A stretch of DNA of 34,433 nt from Candidatus Aenigmatarchaeota archaeon (GCA_038999435.1 JAVZYR010000002.1:1-34433), one strand, 5' to 3'; positions 25,893 through 34,315 are shown, counted from the first letter of the stretch. Translations and numbers: made by a program. Notes: generated from the letters alone by a model not told the origin.

Positions 25893-26516
25893 ATGAACCT
25901 AAAAGCATATCTCAAATCAACTTTTGGAAAGGATATTTTTAGCCATTTAAAGAAGGATGATATTCTTGAAGAAAGAATAAGGGTTGAGAAAAGGATTGAG
26001 CAGATATCAAGGGATATAAAGGGCATACAGGAAAAGATAAGGCAACTCATGATTGATGCAAAAGGTCAACCAAGGGCATACAAGCTGCTGAATATACAAA
26101 AAATAAAGGCATTGAGAATGGAATCTAATACAAAGGCACAGGAGGCTGAAAAATACATAAAGGAGCTACAAATCCTTTTGTTACTTGATGCACTGAGAGA
26201 ACATCAGAAGTTGAAGACGAAATCAGAGTTTATGGAAAAGGTGCTGAATTCTGATATAGAGCATCTTTCAGAGGTGCTTTTTACAGAGGATGTTAAGAAT
26301 GCAGTGCGAGAAGGCAAGCTTGATGAAGTAAAAAACAGGCTCAAGGATATATTTGCAAAAGAAGAGATGCCAGTTGATGCAGAATCTCAAGAGCTTTTGA
26401 AAACGATTGAAGATCTCGAAGAGGTTGATGAGGAGACGGCTTTAAAGATTGCTGAGGAAAAGGCAAAAAATATTGCCGAGACACCTCTCAAGAAAAAGGA
26501 GCTTGAAGAGGAATAA
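25893..26516 (+). CDS. Helical protein with ESCRT-III/Snf7-like layout (candidate CdvB-like)
   Basis: 207 aa, all-helical heptad-rich sequence. The N-terminal half is basic and the tail strongly acidic (EDLEEVDEETALKIAEEKAK...KELEEE). RISRDIKGIQEKIRQLMIDAKGQPRAYKLL resembles the Snf7 helix 1-2 region. Judged by eye only. Confidence 0.4.
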   Translation: MNLKAYLKSTFGKDIFSHLKKDDILEERIRVEKRIEQISRDIKGIQEKIRQLMIDAKGQPRAYKLLNIQKIKALRMESNTKAQEAEKYIKELQILLLLDALREHQKLKTKSEFMEKVLNSDIEHLSEVLFTEDVKNAVREGKLDEVKNRLKDIFAKEEMPVDAESQELLKTIEDLEEVDEETALKIAEEKAKNIAETPLKKKELEEE

Positions 26517-26556
26517 AATAGGAATTTTATTTATTTTACTTTTTTTGAATATCTAT

Positions 26557-26730
26557 ATGAAAGGTGCAGGTGCAATGGCAATATTTGGCATAATCATGCT
26601 GATAGCTGCGGTTGGGGCAGTATTTCTTTCTATATGGGGGATACAAACAGGTCAAGCAAATTACTATTCATTCCTTACGCCAGCAGGGCTTTTTATGATG
26701 GGCCTTGTATGTATATTTTCAAAAGGATAG
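26557..26730 (+). CDS. Small two-TM membrane protein (57 aa)
   Basis: MKGAGAMAIFGIIMLIAAVGAVFLSIWG...GLFMMGLVCIFSKG. The track ORF start at 26449 overlaps the upstream gene. A 7-T run (26540-26546) precedes the chosen ATG. Confidence 0.4.
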   Translation: MKGAGAMAIFGIIMLIAAVGAVFLSIWGIQTGQANYYSFLTPAGLFMMGLVCIFSKG

Positions 26731-26741
26731 GTATTTGGTAT

Positions 26742-27698
26742 CTATTTTATTATGTATTTTATCAGTGCCATCCTCATGTATACACCATTCTTTGATTGTT
26801 CAAAATATCGAGCCCTTGGGTCGCTGTCAATCTCTTTATCTATCTCATTCACTCTTGGAAGTGGATGTAATACGATCGAATCTGATTTCATATGATTTAT
26901 CATCTCTTTATTTAACCTAAACTTGCTATATGCATCTTTTATTTCTTCAATGCCTTCAATATCTTTGTATCTTTCGAGCTGAAGCCTTGTTACATACAAC
27001 ACATCAAGTTCTGGAAGTATTTCTTTTGGTTCATCGATTTCGTAAAATTTAACCCCTGTTTCAGTTGCCTTATTTTTGAACCAATCTTTTATATCATTTT
27101 CTATGTTCAAAGGACCTGGAGAGATAAAATATAATTCGTTCTGCTTTTGTTGTGCAAGAAGGTATGCTAATGAGCGTACAGTCCTTGATTTTTTATTATC
27201 ACCCATAAAACCAACTTTTAGACCATCTACCCTCCCTATCTCCCTGTTTATTGTATAGATATCAAGCAGAGACTGTGTTGGATGTTGGTTATCTCCATCA
27301 CCTGCATTTATTAATGGTATGCGAGCATATTTTACCGCACGTTCTGCAGAACCTCTTTCAGGATGGCGCAGCACGATTATATCGCCATAATCGCTTACAA
27401 CCCTTATCGTATCCTCCAGAGATTCCCCTTTGGCTGCACTTGAGAAGGCAGGTGCATTTTCTGTTGAAATATAACTTCCACCAAGCCTTGTCATTGCAGA
27501 CTCAAAACTAAATCTGGTTCTTGTACTCGGCTCATAAAAAAGACTGATAAGGATTTTACCCTTTGCTATATCAACTGGTTTTTCTTCTTCACATCTTCTC
27601 CTCATCTCATTTGCTGTTTGAAAAAGTTCTTCAAGTATAGCCCTTTCTTTGAATTGCCTTGTATCGAGAATATGAGGATAACCTGTCCAGTATTTCAT
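26742..27698 (-). CDS. pyrB: Aspartate carbamoyltransferase catalytic subunit
   Basis: STRTRFSFE, HPTQ and HPLPRVNEI motifs. 318 aa. No pyrI nearby. Confidence 0.9.
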   Translation of the reverse strand: MKYWTGYPHILDTRQFKERAILEELFQTANEMRRRCEEEKPVDIAKGKILISLFYEPSTRTRFSFESAMTRLGGSYISTENAPAFSSAAKGESLEDTIRVVSDYGDIIVLRHPERGSAERAVKYARIPLINAGDGDNQHPTQSLLDIYTINREIGRVDGLKVGFMGDNKKSRTVRSLAYLLAQQKQNELYFISPGPLNIENDIKDWFKNKATETGVKFYEIDEPKEILPELDVLYVTRLQLERYKDIEGIEEIKDAYSKFRLNKEMINHMKSDSIVLHPLPRVNEIDKEIDSDPRARYFEQSKNGVYMRMALIKYIIK

Positions 27699-27742
27699 AA
27701 TCTCTATTAAAGCATAACATTTTAAACCTTTTATAATAATTT

Positions 27743-28885
27743 ATGGGAGACCTGCGTGAAAGCCTGTTAAAACAACAGCTTCATAAAGAGATTGCAACTG
27801 CTCGAACACTTGAGGCAGAGGGCAAACATAAAGAGGCTGCTTCTCACTATGTAAAGGCTGGTGCGATATACAGGCGTTTGGCTGTGAATTATCCAAAAGA
27901 AAAGGCAGAAGCTATGTTTTCTACTGCAATACAATATGAAAGTCTCGCAAATGTGATGAAAAACAAGGATGTGATACAGACCGCAAAAGAGACATCAGAA
28001 GGACTTTATGAAAAGTTAATGGAGAGCCTTATTGTTACAACAAAACCAGATACAGGATGGAATGATATAGGAGGATTAGAAGAGGCAAAAAAGGTGATAA
28101 AGGAAGCAATTATACTACCATTTATAAAATCAAAACCAGCATTTGTCAAGGCACCTCGCACAATTTTGCTCTATGGCCCACCGGGTACCGGTAAAACACT
28201 ACTTGCAAAGGCTGCTTGCAACTCTCTTGATGCTGCATTCTTTGAGGCAAAGTCATCAAATCTGCTTTCAAAATATTTTGGTGAATCAAACAAGCTTGTG
28301 GCTGCACTTTTCGGAAAGGCAAGAAAGCTACAGCCATCTGTCATATTTATTGATGAGCTTGACGCGCTGGCTGTTTCAAGAGGCAAGGATACATCAGAGG
28401 CAGGAAGGCGTGTGCTGAGTCAGTTTTTACAAGAGATAGAAGGCTTTAATACATCAGAAGATAAGGTTGTGGTAATGGGTGCAACGAACAAACCATGGGA
28501 CCTTGACGAGGCGATGATAAGTAGATTTAGAAGAAAGATATACGTGCCATTGCCAGACTATACAGCAAGATTAGATATATTCAGGATACATCTTCATGGT
28601 GCACAGTTAGCAAGCGATGCATTACTGCATGAACTGGCAAGAAAGACAGAGTTATGGTCAGGAAGAGATATCGCAAGCCTATGTGAAGAGGCAATCATGC
28701 ACATGGTAAGAGAGCAAAACCCATCCTTGCATGACCTGAGTGGGGTTCAGATTGAAAAATATAATCTGAAAACGAGACCGATCACAAAACAGGACTTTGA
28801 TTTCGCATTTAGCAAGATAAAACCGACAACAACACAAAAAGATATAGAAAAATATGAGAAATGGAAGGATGAATTTGGCGGTTAG
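27743..28885 (+). CDS. vps4: Vps4/CdvC-type AAA+ ATPase with N-terminal MIT domain
   Basis: MIT-like helices (ARTLEAEGKHKEAASHYVKAGAIYRRLA), Walker A GPPGTGKT, Walker B VIFIDELD, SRF, and a Vps4-type C-terminal end KWKDEFGG. Confidence 0.85.
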   Translation: MGDLRESLLKQQLHKEIATARTLEAEGKHKEAASHYVKAGAIYRRLAVNYPKEKAEAMFSTAIQYESLANVMKNKDVIQTAKETSEGLYEKLMESLIVTTKPDTGWNDIGGLEEAKKVIKEAIILPFIKSKPAFVKAPRTILLYGPPGTGKTLLAKAACNSLDAAFFEAKSSNLLSKYFGESNKLVAALFGKARKLQPSVIFIDELDALAVSRGKDTSEAGRRVLSQFLQEIEGFNTSEDKVVVMGATNKPWDLDEAMISRFRRKIYVPLPDYTARLDIFRIHLHGAQLASDALLHELARKTELWSGRDIASLCEEAIMHMVREQNPSLHDLSGVQIEKYNLKTRPITKQDFDFAFSKIKPTTTQKDIEKYEKWKDEFGG

Positions 28886-28939
28886 ACAAAGACCGAAAGT
28901 TTTATAAGGCTTAATTTTAATTATTAACTTGTGATAAAA

Positions 28940-29242
28940 ATGAAAAAACAAGAAATCAAGTCTCAAGAAATCAAGTCTTTATATGAACAATGGTATAAAG
29001 AACATGTTTCAGGTGATGATGATAGAGGTTTGTATGGAATAGTATACTTATACTCTAAACAAAATTTTAGAGAAAAAATAAAAGGAATAGCTGATAATAC
29101 AATTCCAGGACAGGGCCAATATATCAATGATGAAATGGACAAATTCCTCAAAGAAATTGAAAGAGTGGCTAAAAAATTAGGACATGTAAAGAATGCTGAA
29201 TATATCTCACAAGCCATCAAAAAAATAGAAAATGATGATTAG
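28940..29242 (+). CDS. Hypothetical small protein
   Basis: 101 aa from the ATG (GTG at 28931 also possible). Starts with the tandem QEIKS-QEIKS. Low GC. No family recognised. Confidence 0.4.
   Translation: MKKQEIKSQEIKSLYEQWYKEHVSGDDDRGLYGIVYLYSKQNFREKIKGIADNTIPGQGQYINDEMDKFLKEIERVAKKLGHVKNAEYISQAIKKIENDD
28949..28978 (+). repeat. Perfect 2 x 15-nt tandem repeat (caagaaatcaagtct) inside the 5' end of the ORF
   Basis: Read directly from the sequence. It encodes QEIKSQEIKS. Confidence 0.9.
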
Positions 29243-30639
29243 ACCTTCAGCACATCCTTTGTAAAATAATCATACAAAAAAATCCTGAAATTTTCATCCT
29301 TTCTTATAGACCTGAGTATGGTAGCAGTATCAAGAATTTTAAAGCCTTCAGATATAGCCTTTGCAATATGAGAAGGTATACCTTTTGCCATAAGTATATC
29401 TGTCTTGTCACTCAGGCTATCATTCAGTTTACTTTTTGCATCCTGAAAAACCCTTGGTATCTCAGCAACCCAATGTTCTTCTTCAACCATAATCCTGCCA
29501 AGTGGTCTGTACTTTTTGAGAAATTCACTTGACCTATCAAGGACAAGAACAGCAGGCCCATGTACCTTTTTAACAGCAGGGAGCTTTGGTACCTGAAGTT
29601 CAAAAAATAGTATCGCGTTCTGATCATTCAACATGGTATTCCAACCAGTCACCTGAAATTCGTATTCCTGCAAAATATCAACAATCCTCTTTGCACATCT
29701 ACGCAATTGTGGCACAAGCACATCAGGTACCACATCAGGCCTTTTTATCACTAATCCGAGCAATTCAGTCCTTCTTGCTTTCAATATTTTATGTAATGTC
29801 GATACCTTGATGCTTAGTTTCTTTTTGAAGAAAAAACTTTCTGATGGTTTTTTGAGGAATGCCTTGCACACGCTTACAACCCTTATGAATTTTTCACAAG
29901 ACACAACAGCTGCAACATTTCTTTTTGGGTCAACAGGGTCTATGACAATCAGTGGATGATTTGGGAACATTTTCTTTACATCCTCAGGATTTTTGTGATG
30001 CTTTCCTGGATCTATGATAACCTTTCCTGGTTCCCAGTTAGATGCTGCCTCAAGCCATTTTTTAAAGTTGTTATAATATACAATCATAAGCTCACAGAGA
30101 TATCCTGAGAAGCCTTGCACAATCAAATCAGAACCATATATCCCATTAGCTTTTGCAAACTGTTTAAGTAACCTCACATCATTTTTTTGTTCTGGCTTGA
30201 GATTTGCAAGAAGCCATTGATTGTGAAAAGGCGTTCTGTCCACAGCTGATTTTATTTTCTCAGCTGATGCAACTTTATAGCATGGCACGATATCAACATC
30301 AAAGCCGTTTATGTTGGAACGCACATATGGATGCTCAGCGTATGCTATCTTGTATCTTCCTTTTAATCTTTTCACAATATCCGTGCCATATTCAAGGCCG
30401 AGCTTCTCAAGTTCCTGCCTTGGCACATTTTCTGGAAAAAGAAGGAAGATGTCAAATTCCTTTTTATCCTTCATCCATGTATCCCTGATGAATGAACCTG
30501 CAAGCGTGACATCTACGCCATGTGGTTTTGTTATATCCAATGCAGTGCGTAGCACCTTGTCTGTTATTTCTTTTATTTGCTTCTTTTCAGCAGGGGATGG
30601 TGTTATACGTCTCAGAACACGTTTTAAAATTTCATCCAT
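29239..30639 (-). CDS. cca: CCA-adding tRNA nucleotidyltransferase, archaeal class I
   Basis: 466 aa. LAGSFIRDTWMKDKKEFDIFLLFP (GS...DxD-type nucleotidyltransferase motif), YAEHPYV and RTPFH. Length and order are typical of archaeal Cca. Confidence 0.88.
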   Translation of the reverse strand: MDEILKRVLRRITPSPAEKKQIKEITDKVLRTALDITKPHGVDVTLAGSFIRDTWMKDKKEFDIFLLFPENVPRQELEKLGLEYGTDIVKRLKGRYKIAYAEHPYVRSNINGFDVDIVPCYKVASAEKIKSAVDRTPFHNQWLLANLKPEQKNDVRLLKQFAKANGIYGSDLIVQGFSGYLCELMIVYYNNFKKWLEAASNWEPGKVIIDPGKHHKNPEDVKKMFPNHPLIVIDPVDPKRNVAAVVSCEKFIRVVSVCKAFLKKPSESFFFKKKLSIKVSTLHKILKARRTELLGLVIKRPDVVPDVLVPQLRRCAKRIVDILQEYEFQVTGWNTMLNDQNAILFFELQVPKLPAVKKVHGPAVLVLDRSSEFLKKYRPLGRIMVEEEHWVAEIPRVFQDAKSKLNDSLSDKTDILMAKGIPSHIAKAISEGFKILDTATILRSIRKDENFRIFLYDYFTKDVLKV

Positions 30640-30739
30640 ATTTATTATTTTCAGTTAAAATAAACAAACATTTTAAACTAAAAATTATCTATTTTTTGGT
30701 GGCAACAAATATATTTAAATATGGTTGCTAAATTTTACT

Positions 30740-31465
30740 ATGCTTGAAACAATGGTTTTTGACGAGCCAATTACAAAGCTTGCCTCAGAACCTAAAACTT
30801 GGGTTATGAATGGGCTTGAAGGGCTCATCGAACTTGCATGTAGATATCGGAGGATTCCTGTAGTTGACAGAGGAGGCAACTTTAACGGTATCATAACTAC
30901 CACAGATATACTTCGGGGCATACGCGACATGAAAAACAAAAAAATTCAGGGTACATCAGCAAAAAATGTACCATCTCTAAATTCAGAATCAACATTTAAG
31001 GATGCGCTTTTGCTTTTTAAACAACATGGCAGGGGCGGGTATCCAATATTAGAGGGCAGGAAGCTTCTATCCATTATCACAGAATGGGATATGATAAAAT
31101 GGATAAGAGATGCGACAGGGATTAAAGTGAAAGACATCATGACACCAAGGGTGATTGTAGCAAAAAGTCATTGGCCAAACCATGCGATTGTTGATGCAAT
31201 GGCATTTGGGCCATATAGGAGGCTTCCAGTTGTGAAGAATGGCTTGCTGATTGGAATCCTAACACCTGCAGATTTGCTCAGCAGAGAAGGTAAAACAGCT
31301 GAGGAAATCATGACAAGGGATGTTGTAACAATAAAACCAAATAAAGATATAAGCGAGGCTGTAGAGATTATGAGAAAGAACAAAATTGGCGGACTTCCTG
31401 TGGTTGAACATGAAAGGATTTTGGGTATCATTACAGAAAGGGACATACTGGAGGCGATAGCATGA
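30740..31465 (+). CDS. CBS-domain protein (two CBS pairs)
   Basis: Repeated CBS signatures IPVVDRGGNFNGIITTTDIL, YPILEGRKLLSIITEWDM, LPVVKNGLLIGILTPADLL and LPVVEHERILGIITERDIL. A TTG at 30725 or ATG at 30752 are alternative starts. Confidence 0.8.
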   Translation: MLETMVFDEPITKLASEPKTWVMNGLEGLIELACRYRRIPVVDRGGNFNGIITTTDILRGIRDMKNKKIQGTSAKNVPSLNSESTFKDALLLFKQHGRGGYPILEGRKLLSIITEWDMIKWIRDATGIKVKDIMTPRVIVAKSHWPNHAIVDAMAFGPYRRLPVVKNGLLIGILTPADLLSREGKTAEEIMTRDVVTIKPNKDISEAVEIMRKNKIGGLPVVEHERILGIITERDILEAIA

Positions 31466-31884
31466 AAATGGAAAAATTGCTTAACGAAATGAAAGAATGT
31501 TTGGTGGTGGTTGAAGGCAAGAGGGATGCAAAGGCACTGGAAGCAATAGGATTAGATAATGTCATAACAATAAATGGCCAATCACTGCCAGCACTCATCT
31601 CAAGGATACAGAAAGAACACAAAGACAGAAAGGTCCTTATATTGACAGATTTTGACAAAAAAGGCAGGCAGATTTATGCTAAAATAACACGCATGCTTCA
31701 AGCATATAAAATACCTACAAATTCAGGTTTGAGATATGCCCTTAAAAGGGTTGTTTCAAATACTGGAAAGGTAAGGATTGAAGAAATAAAGGAGGTTGAT
31801 TTGTATGGCAAAGATAGCGCCTACTTCAATAAAATATATCATCCGTGCTCTCTTCAAAGCGGATGGAGTTGTAGAGAAGCCTGA
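31462..31884 (+). CDS. Small Toprim-domain protein (COG1658 / RNase M5-like)
   Basis: LVVVEGKRDAKALEAIG (catalytic Glu) and VLILTDFDKKGRQI (DxD). ATGA overlap with the CBS gene. The 3' end overlaps dnaG by 80 nt. Confidence 0.7.
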   Translation: MKMEKLLNEMKECLVVVEGKRDAKALEAIGLDNVITINGQSLPALISRIQKEHKDRKVLILTDFDKKGRQIYAKITRMLQAYKIPTNSGLRYALKRVVSNTGKVRIEEIKEVDLYGKDSAYFNKIYHPCSLQSGWSCREA

Positions 31885-32941
31885 TATAATAGGGGCTGTT
31901 TTTGGTCAAACAGAAGGATTAATGGGCCCTGAGCTAGACTTGAGAGAACTTCAAAAGACAGGTAGATTAGGTAGAATCGACGTTGTGGTAAAAACTGAAA
32001 AGGGTAAAACAGAAGGTGAGATTATCATACCTTCTGCGCTTGATGCATCAGAAACTGCACTCATTGCTGCTGCAATTGAAACAATTGATAGGATAGGTCC
32101 TTGCACTGCAGAGATAAGGATTGAGAGCATAGAAGATGTTCGGGCAACAAAAAGAGAGTATGTGATATCACGTGCAAAAGAGATAATGGAGAGATTTAAA
32201 ACAGCCGCACCTGATATATCAAAACTATCCGAGGAGATAAAAGAATCAGCACGGGCCGGTGAAATATCATCATATTATGGCCTTCCATGTGGGCCAGATA
32301 TACCAGAGACAGAGGAGATTATTGTTGTAGAAGGGCGGGCCGATGTCATAAATCTGTTAAGATATGGCATAAAGAATGCGATAGCAATTGAGGGCACATC
32401 TGTTCCAGAAGCTATAGTTCAGTTAGCAAAGGAAAAGAAAGTAACCCTTTTTATAGACGGCGACAGAGGCGGAGAGCTTATAGCAAAGGAGTTTGAACAG
32501 ACGGCAAAAGTGGATTTTGTAGCTGTTGCGCCTGCAGGAAAAGAGGTTGAAGAGCTGACACAGAAAGAAGTTCTTAAGGCACTAAGGGACAAGATACCTG
32601 CTGAAAAATTTTTTAAAAAAGTCAAACCAGAACAAAAGATTGCACAAAAGGCATACATAAAAGATGCGGAATTTTATAAAAAAATACTTGAAGAGCTTGT
32701 TGGTACAAGGGCAGCATGTATATATGATGAAAAACTTAGGTTGCTTGGAAGGGTGCCAATCAAAGAGCTTGAGGGTAACTTAAAAACGATTGAAAAGCCA
32801 TATCTTGTGATAATGGATGGCAAGATTGATTTCAGGACGGCATTGGCAGCAAGGCGTGCCGGTGTTAAGATCATTGTCGGCACTGATAAGGAACAAATAG
32901 GATTGCCGATAAAGATTATAACAAAACAAGAATTAGGATAG
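31805..32941 (+). CDS. dnaG: Archaeal DnaG primase-like protein (exosome-associated)
   Basis: ATG lies 9 nt after AGGAGG. KYIIRALFKADGVVEKPDIIGAVFGQTEGL, Toprim IIVVEGRADVINLLRYG and FIDGDRGGELI. Confidence 0.92.
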   Translation: MAKIAPTSIKYIIRALFKADGVVEKPDIIGAVFGQTEGLMGPELDLRELQKTGRLGRIDVVVKTEKGKTEGEIIIPSALDASETALIAAAIETIDRIGPCTAEIRIESIEDVRATKREYVISRAKEIMERFKTAAPDISKLSEEIKESARAGEISSYYGLPCGPDIPETEEIIVVEGRADVINLLRYGIKNAIAIEGTSVPEAIVQLAKEKKVTLFIDGDRGGELIAKEFEQTAKVDFVAVAPAGKEVEELTQKEVLKALRDKIPAEKFFKKVKPEQKIAQKAYIKDAEFYKKILEELVGTRAACIYDEKLRLLGRVPIKELEGNLKTIEKPYLVIMDGKIDFRTALAARRAGVKIIVGTDKEQIGLPIKIITKQELG

Positions 32942-32972
32942 ATTTTTAAAATTTTTTACAATAATAAAGAAA

Positions 32973-34028
32973 ATGGTAGGCATACCATTGTATTCGGAAA
33001 TAAGATTGCCACCAGTTTTGAACAATTTGCAGCTTGGTTCGTTTCTTTACTATTTGAAATGGCAAAATGATAGACATGATTTGGAGAGAATAGCAAACTC
33101 ATTTAAAAAAGGAATTTCAAATCATCTGCTTGAGAAATCAAAGCCGCCAATAGAAGAGGTACTTGAATTTGGGGGATTAAAAATAAAGGTACTTTTGGAG
33201 GAGACAGAAGGTAGCATATCATATGAAAAGGTATTACAGGAATTAAAAAAATATTTAAATCACCTCACCGAGGAATGGCAAAACCAAAGACTTAAAAAGA
33301 ATTATAGAACTATAGATGGTTCGCTTTATATTGATTTGAAATTGGTTGAAAAGAAAATTGAAAAGCTAAAATATGAAAACAAAAAGGAACCAGGTATAAG
33401 AACAGAGCTAAAACTTATTGAACCATTACCATCCATACCAGATAATATAAAATTTATATTTGAGCATGATTATTCAGTACCATCTGAAACAAATGCAAGA
33501 TACTGGATGGAGAGCAATGAAATGCTATGTGAAGGAGAAAAAAGATGTATTGGATATTATGATGAGAGTGGCAATCGTGTTAAAAGGTTTAAAGAGATAT
33601 TATACGAAGAATCGCTGAATCTTTTAGGAGAAGAACCAAAGCATCTTGTAAGAGTTCCATACGCATTTGATAGCATTATTTTTATACATCAACTTGAGCC
33701 AAGGGAAAGAAAAGAATATTCAAAGATTATTTCAGCACTATCCAAAAAAGCACCTAAAAATATAACTCAAAAAAGTAACTTTGGTGATATCCAAAAAATA
33801 AAACTGATAATGCTAGAAAATGCAGAAAATAAATTAAAGGAACAAAAATTAATCGATGATGAATTTTTGAGTTGCTATGAACCGAAGTTGATTAATGGAA
33901 ATATTTTTATAAAACTTGATGGTTTGTCAAAAAAGATTGAAGATTATGAACAAGAGTTTAAATCATCTTACATCGAACAAAATCTTTATATAAATGCCAT
34001 AGATAGGGCTGTTTTTGTAAATAAATGA
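32973..34028 (+). CDS. Hypothetical protein with an internal duplicated module
   Basis: 351-aa ORF with very low GC. aa 113-135 TIDGSLYIDLKLVEKKIEKLKYE resemble aa 306-328 LINGNIFIKLDGLSKKIEDYEQE. No family recognised. The stop is 2 nt from the tRNA 3' end. Confidence 0.5.
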   Translation: MVGIPLYSEIRLPPVLNNLQLGSFLYYLKWQNDRHDLERIANSFKKGISNHLLEKSKPPIEEVLEFGGLKIKVLLEETEGSISYEKVLQELKKYLNHLTEEWQNQRLKKNYRTIDGSLYIDLKLVEKKIEKLKYENKKEPGIRTELKLIEPLPSIPDNIKFIFEHDYSVPSETNARYWMESNEMLCEGEKRCIGYYDESGNRVKRFKEILYEESLNLLGEEPKHLVRVPYAFDSIIFIHQLEPRERKEYSKIISALSKKAPKNITQKSNFGDIQKIKLIMLENAENKLKEQKLIDDEFLSCYEPKLINGNIFIKLDGLSKKIEDYEQEFKSSYIEQNLYINAIDRAVFVNK

Positions 34029-34029
34029 G

Positions 34030-34282
34030 TGGGCCCGCCCGGATTCTCTCTGGAAACCCTCAAGGTTTCCAGCCATCCGGGAGCTGTTCCGCTTCGCTCC
34101 ACAACGCTTTCCGGAAGCGGTCAGCTCCTTCACAAAGTCAGACATCATTCAGAGCATTTATGCTCGGTGCGCGTCTGGCTTTGTGTTTCCGCGAGCGCTT
34201 TCTTCTTGAAAGAAAGGGCTCTTTGAACCGGGGTCACGGGCTCCCGAAGCCCGGATGCTAGACCAAGCTACACCACGGGCCC
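34030..34282 (-). tRNA. tRNA-Pro (anticodon CGG at 34244-34246) interrupted by a 178-nt intervening sequence in the T-loop
   Basis: Minus-strand 5' exon: GGGCCCG UG GUGU AGCUUGGUCUA GCAU C CGGGC UUCGGGA GCCCG UGAC CCCGG UUCAAA. 3' exon: U CCGGG CGGGCCC A. All four stems pair perfectly or with G-U pairs. G37 and A73 are present and no CCA is encoded. Confidence 0.8.
34044..34221 (-). other. Non-canonical tRNA intron / intervening structured RNA (boundaries +/-2 nt because of an A run)
   Basis: GC-rich relative to everything around it. Paper folding gives hairpins at RNA nt 67-85, 118-131, 155-203 and 212-232. The ORFs called across it on both strands are spurious. Confidence 0.6.
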
Positions 34283-34315
34283 ATAAAATTTTTAATTTTT
34301 TTGCTTATTATTTTT

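Noticed and set aside
31796-31884. Programmed frameshift fusing the small Toprim ORF to DnaG
   Set aside because: dnaG has its own ATG with a well-placed AGGAGG and a full-length canonical N-terminus. No slippery heptamer was noticed. A simple overlap is sufficient.
34121-34152. C/D-box-like elements inside the tRNA intervening sequence (CUGA-AUGAUGU-CUGA at RNA nt 131-145, another CUGA at nt 159-162)
   Set aside because: The box spacing does not fit archaeal C/D sRNAs: there is no 10-12-nt guide between the boxes and no second C box upstream. I also found no complementarity of the candidate guide to the tRNA exons. A K-turn-like element remains possible but is unsupported.
33963-34261. Three ORFs (61-78 aa, both strands) across the GC-rich block
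   Set aside because: They lie on the tRNA-Pro exons and intron. They are open only because GC-rich structured RNA is poor in stop codons.
34030-34282. GC-rich 253-nt block as SRP RNA, RNase P RNA or another large ncRNA
   Set aside because: The two ends assemble into a complete tRNA cloverleaf with all four stems, a proper anticodon loop and a discriminator base. I could not find SRP or RNase P hallmark motifs. A tRNA with an intervening sequence is the simpler reading.
32973-34282. Integrated mobile element at the tRNA-Pro 3' end
   Set aside because: No integrase, no recognisable viral or plasmid gene, and no second copy of the tRNA 3' segment within the window. Only one low-GC orphan gene lies there.
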